Source: Candidatus Woesearchaeota archaeon (GTDB taxonomy: Archaea; Nanobdellota; Nanobdellia; SCGC-AAA011-G17; GW2011-AR17). From it: a stretch of DNA of 64,000 nucleotides. Shown one piece after another: positions 30,453 through 40,430 of this stretch (position 1 is the first letter of the stretch; every line of letters begins with the position of its first letter). The stretch covers positions 180,757 through 244,756 of the forward strand of contig CAYPLB010000001.1 in assembly GCA_964411565.1 (NCBI GenBank), written 5' to 3'. The notes under the pieces were generated by a model. It saw nothing but the letters and a program-made list of their open reading frames with translations, was not told the origin of the DNA and made no database searches. The position numbers were made by a program, and so were the translations under genes.

Positions 30453-30871
30453 AAAAAGGACAAATGGAAATAATAGGTTTTATGGTAATTATTCTTTTGC
30501 TATTGTTTAGTTTAATCTTTTACTTTAAGTTTGCATCAAATGATTCAAGTGATTTATTGCAAGAGGCTGAAGAAAATTTAGAAGTTTCAAATTTAATTGA
30601 TGCAATAAAAATGTATACAGTATGTGAAGATACTCAAATGAATGATGTGATTAAATCATGTATAGATGGTGGGAATGAATGTGATGAAGATTCTTGTGGA
30701 ATTGTTGAAAGAGAAGTCCAACAAATTGTTTCTTTAAATGGTTGGGAGAATGATTCATATATGTTTTATATAGGAGAAGTATTATATTCTCAAGGGACTT
30801 GTAAAGGTAATACTTTTGTAGATGATTACATAACTAATGGTGAAACAGTAAGATTAGTTTATTGTTACTGA
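30449..30871 (+). CDS. class III signal peptide (pilin-like) protein
   Basis: MKKG/QMEIIGFMVIILLL. Confidence 0.8.
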   Translation: MKKGQMEIIGFMVIILLLLFSLIFYFKFASNDSSDLLQEAEENLEVSNLIDAIKMYTVCEDTQMNDVIKSCIDGGNECDEDSCGIVEREVQQIVSLNGWENDSYMFYIGEVLYSQGTCKGNTFVDDYITNGETVRLVYCY

Positions 30872-31050
30872 TAAGTTAAATCATAAATTTCTCTTAATTC
30901 TTTAAAATTATTTACTCTAGGTTATTATTTTTTGTTTTCTAAACTAGTAGTAAATATCTATTTTCTTGATTTGTCGTCTATAAGTTGAATTAAGCCTTAA
31001 CTCTTGAGAATTTTAAGGATTTAGTGTTAGTTTATATTGTCAAATGTATA

Positions 31051-31145
31051 AAGGTTTATAAGGAGTTTTTATTTGTTTATGGTTAACTGTGTTTATACTT
31101 CCTAGTTTAGGAAGAGGGAGTAGTTTATTTTTTACACAGGAGGTG
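31051..31145 (+). promoter_or_regulatory. S-layer promoter, 5' UTR hairpin and Shine-Dalgarno site
   Basis: AAGGTTTATAA at 31051; hairpin CTTCCTA-gtt-TAGGAAG at 31098-31114; AGGAGGTG at 31138-31145. Confidence 0.65.
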
Positions 31146-31154
31146 TTGTATAAC

Positions 31155-33503
31155 ATGAAAAAAGATTTTTTAAGAAAGACCATCAAAAAGATGGCAGCGA
31201 TTGGTACTGGTGTTGCAATGGTAGGTGCGACATTAACAGGGGCAATGGCTTTGGACTTAGCAGATTACCCATCTCCTTATGTTGTTGATGGTGTTTATGA
31301 CGACACAACAGCATTTGTTGTTGGTGATCAAGCGTCCGCAGCTGATTCTTTAGGAGTAGCTGATGTAGTTAGTGGCTTACAATTTGAATCAAAAGTGGCT
31401 ACTAGTGAAGCAGGAACTACAGTTTCAGTTGAAGGTGGTAAGACAGAAAAAGTACCTCTAGGTTCTGGTTTGACAGCGTCTTCGTTGTTTGACACAACTT
31501 TGCAGGATGATGATGTTTCCAGTTTCTGGGATGGAGAAATTACTTTCCAAGGATCTAGTTATGATACATCAGAAGAGTTGCAAATGGAAACAACAACAGA
31601 CCCAGTTATGGCAACAAGTCTAACAAGTTCTGAAGATGATTACAAGACAGATGTTTATATGGAAGTTGTAGCAAGAGATGTAATTAAGTTTGCATATAAG
31701 TTTGATGAAACTATCAACCTAACTTCTGCTTCAACAACACAGCCTCTGACACTAGATTTCTTAGGTAATACTTTGAAAATCACAACAGTACCTCTTGCTG
31801 GAACTCAGTTTACAGCTTATGTTGGTGAAGAACACTATTTATCTGTAGATGAAACTGCTGAAGTTGAAGTTGATGGTGTAATGAGAACTGTAACTTTAAC
31901 AGATGTATCTAGTTCTTCAGCTGTAGTAGATGTAGATGGTGTGAGTGAAATTATTTCTGATGACTCAACTGAAACTGTTAATGGTGTAGAAATTACTGTT
32001 GACGAAGTTTTTAGTCGAACTGAAAGAGATGAATCCTCAGCAAACCTGATCATTGGTAAAGAATCTTCTGAAACATATAAAGATGGAGATGCTTACATCG
32101 GTGAAGACAAAGATGATCCAAATTGGGTATGGGATATTGCAGGACTTGAAACACAAGGTACAAGTCAAACTTTTAGAGTTGAAAACGATTTCTTGTATAA
32201 TGACTTAAATGATGGTGGACCAGCTATTGGAGACTGTATTGAATTACCAAATGCTTATGTTGAAATTTGTGTAGACAGTTTAACAGTTGCTGATGCAGAC
32301 TATGCAGTTTATACAATGGAATTTGATTCCTCAACAGACTTTACAGATGCTGGTTTGAACACTACATATAGTGCAGTACCTTCTATCTATTGGCACACAA
32401 GTGTTGATGAAGGATTCGACTTGCAAGCATACACAACTGGTGGAGCTGCATATGCAAACGAAACAGCTGCAAAGAAGACCAAAGAAGTTTGGCTATACAA
32501 GAGATCTGACACTGGTGGTGGAGGTTTAATCAACGGATCCGATACTAACAAAGGAGAAGGTTTTGAGTCTGACTGGTTAGCAGTTCTGTATAAAGATGCT
32601 GGAACATCTAAAATTAAGTTATTTGGATATATTGCAACAAACGCATCTACAGAAATTGTAAGAATTAACTATGGAAACACAAAAGATACAAATCTTGTAT
32701 TGAAAACATCAACAGGTTATGCAACTGACTTTGGTGAGCAAGGATTAAACTTTACCTTGGAAATCAAAGGAGATTCAACAACTGACCTAGCAAATGATGT
32801 GGACGATATGGTATTCTTCTGGGGTCTTGATGTAGACAATGGTTCTATTGATAGTCTTGGTGCAACAGCATCTAGTGAAGAAGCTCTTGAAATCAAGTGG
32901 GGTGGATCAAACACAACTCTTGGTACAAAAGATGAAGACCATAGAACAAGATACGGTATCGTTTTGGAAAATCCAAAGTCAAATGGTGCAAGTGATCAGA
33001 TCGAGATGAAGATTCCTCAAGATCAGGTAATGGCAAATGTTGTTATCAAGGGAAGTTCAACAACTGTAACTAGTGGTTCATCAAGTTACACCTCTCAGGA
33101 AATTTCTCCTGTGACTAAGTTAGCTTCAGAAATTAGTTCTGCAAGTACATATAACTTAATCATTGTAGGTGGACCTTGTGCAAACGACTTAGTTGAAGAT
33201 GTGTTTGATCTGACTTGTGATGGTTGGGACCTTGAAGAAGGAGAAGCTATGCTAAAGTTAGTTGAAAATGGTGACAATGTAGCTCTATTAGTTGCAGGTA
33301 CTGTAGCTGATGATACAAGAAGAGCAGCAAAGGCACTAGCTGGATACTCAATGTATGACTTGTCTGGAGCTGAGGTAAAAGTAAGTGGAACAAGTGTTGA
33401 CGATGTAAATGTTGGCACATTAGATGTTGCTGAAGCTGAAGAAGAAGTAGCTGAAGAAGAAGCAGCAGAAGAAACCACTGAAGAAGAAACCACAGAGGAA
33501 TAA
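31155..33503 (+). CDS. major S-layer protein
   Basis: IKKMAAIGTGVAMVGATL signal, DLADYPSPYV, VVG..A.AAD and C-terminal NLIIVGGPCAN...LLVAG..A.DTR; strong SD site; more C-ending codons than neighbouring genes. Confidence 0.9.
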   Translation: MKKDFLRKTIKKMAAIGTGVAMVGATLTGAMALDLADYPSPYVVDGVYDDTTAFVVGDQASAADSLGVADVVSGLQFESKVATSEAGTTVSVEGGKTEKVPLGSGLTASSLFDTTLQDDDVSSFWDGEITFQGSSYDTSEELQMETTTDPVMATSLTSSEDDYKTDVYMEVVARDVIKFAYKFDETINLTSASTTQPLTLDFLGNTLKITTVPLAGTQFTAYVGEEHYLSVDETAEVEVDGVMRTVTLTDVSSSSAVVDVDGVSEIISDDSTETVNGVEITVDEVFSRTERDESSANLIIGKESSETYKDGDAYIGEDKDDPNWVWDIAGLETQGTSQTFRVENDFLYNDLNDGGPAIGDCIELPNAYVEICVDSLTVADADYAVYTMEFDSSTDFTDAGLNTTYSAVPSIYWHTSVDEGFDLQAYTTGGAAYANETAAKKTKEVWLYKRSDTGGGGLINGSDTNKGEGFESDWLAVLYKDAGTSKIKLFGYIATNASTEIVRINYGNTKDTNLVLKTSTGYATDFGEQGLNFTLEIKGDSTTDLANDVDDMVFFWGLDVDNGSIDSLGATASSEEALEIKWGGSNTTLGTKDEDHRTRYGIVLENPKSNGASDQIEMKIPQDQVMANVVIKGSSTTVTSGSSSYTSQEISPVTKLASEISSASTYNLIIVGGPCANDLVEDVFDLTCDGWDLEEGEAMLKLVENGDNVALLVAGTVADDTRRAAKALAGYSMYDLSGAEVKVSGTSVDDVNVGTLDVAEAEEEVAEEEAAEETTEEETTEE

Positions 33504-33504
33504 A

Positions 33505-33540
33505 TAAGGCGAAAGCCTTAATTTTTTATTTTTTTTTTAG
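33505..33540 (+). terminator. hairpin plus T-tract terminator
   Basis: TAAGGC-GAAA-GCCTTA followed by a long T run immediately after the S-layer stop codon. Confidence 0.8.
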
Positions 33541-33575
33541 AAATTTTTTTAAGTAAAGGAATATTCTTAGTTAAA

Positions 33576-34154
33576 ATGAAAAGATCATATCATAAAATAA
33601 ATAAAGTAGCTTTTTATAAAAATAAAAAGTTTTTTACAATACTTATGGGATTATTTTTGATTATGTTAATGGCCTTAGGTGCTGTCAATGTAGGTATGAA
33701 TAATGATGATGATAAAGTTGAATATAATGGTTTAGAGTTTGTTGAAACAGATGGAGGATGGAGAGCTAATTTAGAAGATGAAAGTGAAATTTATTTGATC
33801 TTTAATCCTGGAGAATTAGAAATTGAAGAAGAATTTTCAGTAAGTTTTAGTTCATTATTGAATTCAGAGAAAGTATATTTTAGTTATGATCCTTCAAAAG
33901 AATCTCAATATGCTATGTATGATTTAAGTAGAAATTTTAATTTTAATAAAATAGTTTATTCCTGTTATGAGGACAGTGATTTATGTACAGAAATGCCTTT
34001 AAAAACCTGTGATGATGCAAGTCTTGATGTTGGAGTTGTTATTTTTAAAGTGGGTGAAGAGAATAAAGTAAGTTTTGAAGATAATTGTTTAAGTATAGAG
34101 GGGAAAAGTTTATTAAATGTAGTAGATAAACTGATTTTAGATTATTATGGTTAA
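33576..34154 (+). CDS. membrane-anchored hypothetical protein (paralog of the next gene)
   Basis: N-terminal TM; PLKTCDD...KV...NC..I.G motif. Confidence 0.75.
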   Translation: MKRSYHKINKVAFYKNKKFFTILMGLFLIMLMALGAVNVGMNNDDDKVEYNGLEFVETDGGWRANLEDESEIYLIFNPGELEIEEEFSVSFSSLLNSEKVYFSYDPSKESQYAMYDLSRNFNFNKIVYSCYEDSDLCTEMPLKTCDDASLDVGVVIFKVGEENKVSFEDNCLSIEGKSLLNVVDKLILDYYG

Positions 34155-34764
34155 GAAAAAAGATAATATGGGGATTGTTTTAGGAGTACTAATTGGGATT
34201 TTATTACTTTCTATGATTTATGTTTTTACAATGGATGATGGTGTTGCTGAAGATATTTATAAGTATACAAATGGGAATACTGTTTTTGAAGTTTACAAAT
34301 ATAGTGATACTGAAACTTATATTACAATGTTGACTGGAGCTTATGAAGAAGAATATACTTTAGGATTAAGGACAGATCCTTTGTCTTTAGAAGATATTCC
34401 TGTTACTGGAACTTTGCATACTAGAATTTATAATGATGAAATAGTTTATGTAACAATTGATCCTTATGCAAATTTAACTGGACAAACTGTTATTGCTGCT
34501 TTAGAAGTTGACAAAGTAATTGATAATGAATATTTATATCAAGTGCCTGTTGTAAGTGCAATGACAAGAGAATATGGAGATTATCCAGTTAAGACTTGTG
34601 ATGATGGTACTGATACAGAAACTATTGTTTATCTTACTCTAGGAGATGAAACTAAAGTTTATACTTATAATAATTGTATTATTATTATGGGTACAGATGA
34701 AGGTGAAATTATCAGAGCAGCAGATAGAATGGTTTATACTTTATTAGGTATTATGCAACAATGA
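34147..34764 (+). CDS. membrane-anchored hypothetical protein
   Basis: N-terminal TM; PVKTCDD...KV...NC..I.G motif. Confidence 0.75.
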   Translation: MVKKKDNMGIVLGVLIGILLLSMIYVFTMDDGVAEDIYKYTNGNTVFEVYKYSDTETYITMLTGAYEEEYTLGLRTDPLSLEDIPVTGTLHTRIYNDEIVYVTIDPYANLTGQTVIAALEVDKVIDNEYLYQVPVVSAMTREYGDYPVKTCDDGTDTETIVYLTLGDETKVYTYNNCIIIMGTDEGEIIRAADRMVYTLLGIMQQ

Positions 34765-35351
34765 GTGAACATTACTATACTAAGGAACCTGTAAGTTCTT
34801 TTAATCTTAGGAGAGTTAAGTTTATTATTAATGGAATGGAGTATGAATTTTATACAGCAAGTGGAATTTTTTCTAACTCTAAGTTAGATTTTGGAACTAG
34901 AGTTTTAATTGAAAATATGAAAGTAAAAGAAGAAGATGATGTTCTAGATCTTGGTTGTGGTTTAGGAGTTGTTGGAAGAGTTGTTGCAAATGTGACTAAA
35001 GGAAAAGTTGTTCTAGTTGATATTAATAAGAGAGCTGTGAAACTTTCTAAAATGAATACTAAAGGTTTGAAAAATGTAGAAGTTTATCAAGGAGATAAGT
35101 ATGAAGCTGTTGAAGGAAAAAAGTTTGATGTTATTCTTTTGAACCCTCCACAAACAGCAGGAAAAAAAGTTTGTATGGATATGATAAAAAAAGCTTTAGA
35201 TCATTTGAAAAAAGGAGGAAGTTTGCAAATTGTTGCTCGACATAATAAAGGTGGAGAAACTTTGAGTAAATATATGGTTGAAATTTTTGGTAATATGGAA
35301 ACTTTAGTTAAAGAAGGTGGATATAGAGTTTATATGTCAGTTAAGGAATAA
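34761..35351 (+). CDS. RsmC-like small methyltransferase
   Basis: HYY, G.FS...LD.GT, LDLGCG.G and NPP motifs. Confidence 0.88.
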   Translation: MSEHYYTKEPVSSFNLRRVKFIINGMEYEFYTASGIFSNSKLDFGTRVLIENMKVKEEDDVLDLGCGLGVVGRVVANVTKGKVVLVDINKRAVKLSKMNTKGLKNVEVYQGDKYEAVEGKKFDVILLNPPQTAGKKVCMDMIKKALDHLKKGGSLQIVARHNKGGETLSKYMVEIFGNMETLVKEGGYRVYMSVKE

Positions 35352-35356
35352 GTTTT

Positions 35357-35869
35357 TTAATTTAATATTTGATCAATTGTTTCTAATGTCTGTTCTGAAG
35401 GTTGATCTAATTGAACATATTCTCTTAAGTCAAATTCTAAAGGTTTAAATGGGAAGAATTCTGTTTCTTTATTCTCAAAATAATGGAAGGATCTTACAAG
35501 TAATCCTTGTTCTTTTAAGTAATGAGTAATAGAAGAGAATCTATTCCATAATTGTTGTTCATGATTTGGATGTAAAGTTGTATATCCTTTTGGAATGTGA
35601 AGAAAATTTATTGGTCTTTCTTTAACTCTATTAATAACTGGAAGATCTTCAGCAAAATAAGTATGTCTTAAGCATTCATTATTACCCATTAAAAGATAGT
35701 TCCAAGTTAGAGTATGTTGAGTTGGATCTAATTTATGAAGAGGATGTTCTTGAGTTAAAACAAGATAACAAGTTGTTATTCTTCTAGACGGTGCCCAAAG
35801 ACCAATTTCTTGTTGTTTTGAGGGAAAATTTGCTAATTTCTTTGTTTCCCAAGCTTCTTTAAATTCCAT
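35357..35869 (-). CDS. hypothetical protein
   Basis: 170 aa ORF filling the intergenic gap. Confidence 0.65.
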   Translation of the reverse strand: MEFKEAWETKKLANFPSKQQEIGLWAPSRRITTCYLVLTQEHPLHKLDPTQHTLTWNYLLMGNNECLRHTYFAEDLPVINRVKERPINFLHIPKGYTTLHPNHEQQLWNRFSSITHYLKEQGLLVRSFHYFENKETEFFPFKPLEFDLREYVQLDQPSEQTLETIDQILN

Positions 35870-35905
35870 ACTAATATTGAGAATAAAATAATCCTATTTA
35901 AATCT

Positions 35906-36778
35906 TTATGCAGAGATTTTTTGTTTTATTTTAGCTAATAAATTGTTTCTTCCTTTTTTAGAAGTACTTGTAAATTTACTAACATATGTTCTTAGTTGAG
36001 AAATGTTTAGTCTTTTTCTATTATAATCAATTAATCTAGAATTTAATTCTATCCATTTTGCTAACTCTGATTGAAGAGGGTTTCTTATTTCTGGATAAGA
36101 TTTTTTTACTTCCATAATTAAAGTTGAAAGCTCTGATGTTTTTGTTTCTATGCTTTTATGTGATGCTTTAATTTGAGCTGGAAGAGTAGAACTAGTGTTT
36201 TGTCTTGTTTTTGTTCTAAGTTCTAAAAGAAGTTTGTTTAATTCAATTATTGTATTTTTTGTTTCAAATAATTTTGTTTTTGCTACATTCATTCTATCGA
36301 AAGTTTCTCCTTGAAGAATTGATGTTTTTGTTTCTATTGCAAGATTTGAAACTTGAGATGCGTTAATCCATCCGCCTCTTTTATGAATTGCTTTTTCTAT
36401 TTTATTCTTTAATCTTTCTTCAAAAGTTTTAATTGTATTTTTATTTAGGTCACTATAAAAATTACTTTCTTTAAGAAAATTAATAGCTGAAATTGTATCA
36501 TAATATTTTTTGTTAAAAGAAGAAGTATTGAATGGAGTTCTTTTAATAACTACTTTAATATCTCCAAGAGTTAAGTCTTTGCCTTTTTCTTTAATCATTA
36601 ATCTTGCTATTGCTATGAAACGTTTTCTAAATTCAGTTTCATATCTTTTTGTGTAACCATTTGCATTTAATGGTAATTTTTTGAATTTTTTGGGATTTTC
36701 AAGAATGTATTTCCAAGCTTCTACAGCATTATATTTATCTTGAAGTAACCAACTAAAAAAATCTGAAATCCATCCCAT
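35906..36778 (-). CDS. hypothetical basic helical protein with amphipathic N-terminus
   Basis: 290 aa; begins MGWISDFFSWLL; coiled-coil-like C-terminal half. Confidence 0.7.
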   Translation of the reverse strand: MGWISDFFSWLLQDKYNAVEAWKYILENPKKFKKLPLNANGYTKRYETEFRKRFIAIARLMIKEKGKDLTLGDIKVVIKRTPFNTSSFNKKYYDTISAINFLKESNFYSDLNKNTIKTFEERLKNKIEKAIHKRGGWINASQVSNLAIETKTSILQGETFDRMNVAKTKLFETKNTIIELNKLLLELRTKTRQNTSSTLPAQIKASHKSIETKTSELSTLIMEVKKSYPEIRNPLQSELAKWIELNSRLIDYNRKRLNISQLRTYVSKFTSTSKKGRNNLLAKIKQKISA

Positions 36779-36883
36779 ATTTACTATTGAAGGATTTTCT
36801 TTTTAAATACTTTTTGTAGAGTATATTTTTATAGAATCAATTTTGGATAAGTTTTTAAAGTAAAGATTGTTTTGTGAGGGTAT

Positions 36884-36966
36884 GCCGAGATCGCATAATC
36901 TGGTATTGCGCAGGCCTTGAGAGCCTGTTTCCTTTGGATATCTGGGTTCGAATCCCAGTCTCGGCG
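36884..36966 (+). tRNA. tRNA-Ser(TGA)
   Basis: Acceptor GCCGAGA/TCTCGGC, anticodon arm CAGGC-ctTGAga-GCCTG, long variable arm, GGTTCGAATCC. Confidence 0.95.
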
Positions 36967-37022
36967 TATTAATTTTATTTTTTTGAAAAGTTTTAAAAAG
37001 TGAAAGGCTTTGTATAATAGTT

Positions 37023-38045
37023 ATGAAGTTGTTAAAAGAGTTGACAGAAATTAATGGGGTTAGTGGGAATGAAAGTAAGATTAGAAAGTTTATTCTGAAA
37101 GAAATAAAAAAATATGTGAAAAATGTTAAAGTGGATAAGTATGGGAACATAGTTGCACATAAAAAAGGTAAAGGTGCAAAGGTAATGCTTGCTGCTCATA
37201 TGGATGAAATTGGTTTTATGGTTAAAAGTATTTCAAGTAATGGAAATATAAATATTTCTGCAGTTGGAGGAATTGAAGCTTTAGCTTATATTGGGCAAAA
37301 AGCAAATATTTCAGTTAAAGGTGGACTTACTGGAGTTGTTACTTTAGCTGGTATTAATGATGATGAAGAAACTGAAGAAGTTCCAGAAGTTGCTGATTTG
37401 ATGTTAGTTACTGGATTGACAAAAAAAGAATTACAAAAGAAAGGTGTTGAAATTGGAACTTTTATTGAACCTGTACATGAAACTTATGTTTTAGGAAAAA
37501 AAGGAATTATTTGTGGGAAAGCTTTGGATGATAGAATAGGTTGTTTTATTTTATTAGAACTGGCAAGAAAATTGCAAAAAAGTAAAGGAAATATTTATTA
37601 TGTGTTTACTGTGCAAGAAGAAATTGGTTTGTATGGTTCAAAAACTTCTGTGAGTTCAATTAATCCTGATTGGGCAGTTGCTATTGATGTGACTAATGCA
37701 GATGATTCTGATGAACATAGTCATAATGTTACTAAGAGAATTGGTGGAGGTCCTTGTGTTGTTATTAAAGATGCAGAAATGATTTCTAATCTTTGTTTGG
37801 ATAAAGAAATTAAGAAGATTGCTAAAAAGAAAAGAATAAAAATTCAGTTAGATGTTAGTGATTTTGGAACAACAGATGCATTGAGTATTTCTATTTCTAA
37901 AGGTGGAATCCCGACGGCAATTGTAGGTGTTGCTGTGAGAAATTTGCATACTAGTTATGGTGTTTCTAGTATTGATGATATTAATAAAACTGTTAAAATT
38001 CTTGAAATTTTGATGAAGAATCCTCCTATGACTTGTATTGATTAA
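37023..38045 (+). CDS. M42 family aminopeptidase (TET-like)
   Basis: AAHMDEIG, KALDDRIG, QEEIG, AIDV, GTTDA and RNLH motifs. Confidence 0.93.
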   Translation: MKLLKELTEINGVSGNESKIRKFILKEIKKYVKNVKVDKYGNIVAHKKGKGAKVMLAAHMDEIGFMVKSISSNGNINISAVGGIEALAYIGQKANISVKGGLTGVVTLAGINDDEETEEVPEVADLMLVTGLTKKELQKKGVEIGTFIEPVHETYVLGKKGIICGKALDDRIGCFILLELARKLQKSKGNIYYVFTVQEEIGLYGSKTSVSSINPDWAVAIDVTNADDSDEHSHNVTKRIGGGPCVVIKDAEMISNLCLDKEIKKIAKKKRIKIQLDVSDFGTTDALSISISKGGIPTAIVGVAVRNLHTSYGVSSIDDINKTVKILEILMKNPPMTCID

Positions 38046-38082
38046 CATAATTTTTATAAAGAGTAGATTTTTTGTTTTCTTT

Positions 38083-38532
38083 ATGGGATTTGTTTTTTAT
38101 ATCACAGAATCAAGATTAGAAGAAGTAGTTTATATTAATAGAAATATTCCTGAATTTGAAACTGATGAAAATCTATTAGATGTGAATTTTTTTAAAGAAA
38201 GAATTGGAGATAAAGATCATTCAATTTTAGTTGCTTATGTTGGACATATTCCTGCAGGTTATGTTGTTTCTTATGAGCTTGAGGATAATTCTTTGTATTG
38301 TTGGATGGCTGGAGTTGTACCTGGTTTTAGAAGAGGTGGAGCTTTAAGTGAATTAATGGAAAAACAATTTGAATGGGCTAGTGTGTATGAATATGATAAA
38401 GTTAAAATTAAAACTAGAAATGAAAGAAGAGAAATGTTAAGATATTTGGTGAAAAATGGTTTTATGATTGTTGGTGTTGAAGAAAGAGATAATGTTGAAA
38501 AGAATAGAATAATGTTAGAAAAAGTTGTTTAG
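38083..38532 (+). CDS. GNAT family acetyltransferase
   Basis: YCWMAGVVPGFRRGG acetyl-CoA motif; TATA box supports the 38083 start. Confidence 0.85.
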   Translation: MGFVFYITESRLEEVVYINRNIPEFETDENLLDVNFFKERIGDKDHSILVAYVGHIPAGYVVSYELEDNSLYCWMAGVVPGFRRGGALSELMEKQFEWASVYEYDKVKIKTRNERREMLRYLVKNGFMIVGVEERDNVEKNRIMLEKVV

Positions 38533-38574
38533 ATCTGCATAATTCTTATAAATTGTTTTTTTTCTTGTTTGTTT

Positions 38575-39729
38575 ATGAAAATAGCTATGGTTAATACTTT
38601 TTATCTACCTACAGTTGGTGGTGTAGAAAAAGTAATGGAAGAATTAGCTCTAAGGTATATTGAGAAAGGACATGAAGTTGATGTTTATTGTGCTGATACT
38701 GATAAGTATAAGAGGTTGGAGAATAAGTATGAAAATATTGATGAGGTTAATGTTTATAGGTCAAGATATTTTTTGAAGTTGTCGTTGAATACTTATATTT
38801 TTCCAGGTTTTATTTTAGATCTTTTGTTTAAGGATTATGATGTAGTTCATACGCATAGATCTGCACATGATTTTATGATGTTTGCAGGTTTGATTGCTTT
38901 CTTTAGAGGGAAAGTTCATATTAATACTACTCATTGTCCATGGACAGATAAGTTTAGGCCTTGGACAGTTCGTTTACCCTTGTTTTTTACAGATAGAATT
39001 TTTAACCATATTAGTTTCTTTTTTGTAGATAAAGTTGTTGCAATTACTCCTTGGGAAATTCCAATTTTGAAGAAGTGGGTTAGTAAGAGAAAAATTAATG
39101 TTATTAGAAATGGTACAGATAAAGTTTTGTTTGAAAGAATTAAGAATAATCAGTTTAAGAAGAAACATGGAGTCAAAGATAAATTGGTTTTGTTCTTTGG
39201 TCGTTTGCATCCTACAAAAGCTCCACATGTTTTAGCAGAAGTAGCTAAAGAAGTTGTTAGTCAAAGAAAAGATATTGATTTTATTTTTGTTGGACCAGAT
39301 GAAGGTGAAATGGATAGAGTTAAAAGGATTGTGAAAGGTGAAAAAAGGATTAAAGTATTAGGTCCTTTGTTTGGTAAAAAAAATATTGCTGAAATGTATC
39401 AAGGCTCTGATGTTTATGTTTTGCCATCTTATAGAGAAGGATTACCTTTGACAATTTTTGAAGCAATGGCGTCTGGATTACCTATTGTTGCAACGCCTTG
39501 TAATGGAATACCTTTTGAAATGGATGATAATGTTAATGGGTTTTTAGTTGAGTTTGGGAATAAGAAATTGTTGAAAGAGAAAATCTTGAAAGTTTTAGAT
39601 GATAAGAAATTAGCTAAGAAATTTAGTGAGAATAATTTAAAGAAAGCGGAAGCTTATACTTGGGATGCAATTGCTGAAGAAACTTTGGAATTGTATGAAG
39701 AGTGTATTAAGAGGAAGAAGTTGTTTTAG
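38575..39729 (+). CDS. GT4 glycosyltransferase
   Basis: P.VGGVE, FFGRL and PSYREGLPLTIFEAMASG motifs. Confidence 0.92.
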   Translation: MKIAMVNTFYLPTVGGVEKVMEELALRYIEKGHEVDVYCADTDKYKRLENKYENIDEVNVYRSRYFLKLSLNTYIFPGFILDLLFKDYDVVHTHRSAHDFMMFAGLIAFFRGKVHINTTHCPWTDKFRPWTVRLPLFFTDRIFNHISFFFVDKVVAITPWEIPILKKWVSKRKINVIRNGTDKVLFERIKNNQFKKKHGVKDKLVLFFGRLHPTKAPHVLAEVAKEVVSQRKDIDFIFVGPDEGEMDRVKRIVKGEKRIKVLGPLFGKKNIAEMYQGSDVYVLPSYREGLPLTIFEAMASGLPIVATPCNGIPFEMDDNVNGFLVEFGNKKLLKEKILKVLDDKKLAKKFSENNLKKAEAYTWDAIAEETLELYEECIKRKKLF

Positions 39730-39821
39730 GATAATTTAGATGATTATAATTTAGTAATTTTACAAAGATAGTTATCTTTCAGATAGAAAAATATATAAAT
39801 CCATTTTCTTGGAATTATTCT

Positions 39822-40325
39822 ATGGGATGGTTAGAAGATTTATGGAATTATTTTTTTGGTGAAGAGGATTCAGGGTTAAATGTTTATGCAGATATTCGTG
39901 AGGGTTCGTCCTATCGTAGAACTAAAAATCAAGTTGTTACTATTTCTAATTTAAAACCTGATTTTTTTAAAAGTATATATTCTTCATATGAAACTAGATA
40001 CGGAAAAATAGTATATACATATGATCAACAAGCTCAGAGATTATATATTGCAGCTGAATATGCTGGAAGATATGCTGGGAGTAATGTTATTTATTCTTTA
40101 ACTTCTGATGCAGGGATTGAAAATGGAAGAGAATTTAGGCTTATAAGGAAAGAAAAGAGGGATAGAATTCTTTCTGTTTCATATTCTTGGCCATTAAATT
40201 CTAAACCCTTAGATGTTGCTTTAACCATGGCTGAGCCCAATAAAAGTCTTACTGTAGGAAATAGAAATAAAAATGTTGTTATTATCCAATTTACTTTTCT
40301 AAAGAAGGGTTATAGAGATGAATAA
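39822..40325 (+). CDS. hypothetical protein with amphipathic N-terminus
   Basis: Begins MGWLEDLWNYFFG. Confidence 0.65.
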   Translation: MGWLEDLWNYFFGEEDSGLNVYADIREGSSYRRTKNQVVTISNLKPDFFKSIYSSYETRYGKIVYTYDQQAQRLYIAAEYAGRYAGSNVIYSLTSDAGIENGREFRLIRKEKRDRILSVSYSWPLNSKPLDVALTMAEPNKSLTVGNRNKNVVIIQFTFLKKGYRDE

Positions 40326-40430
40326 CTTATTTTTGAGTTAAATATAGTTTTATAGATTAAGGATTATTTTTAAATTTTATGAAATTTTTAAACCATTTAA
40401 TTTATAAATAAGAAGTTTTTTTCTTTTTTT

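Noticed and set aside
31089-31154. Upstream GTG start of the S-layer ORF
   Set aside because: The SD site and signal peptide point to ATG 31155; this stretch is 5' UTR.
36803-37150. 115 aa minus-strand ORF
   Set aside because: Overlaps tRNA-Ser and the M42 peptidase on the opposite strand.
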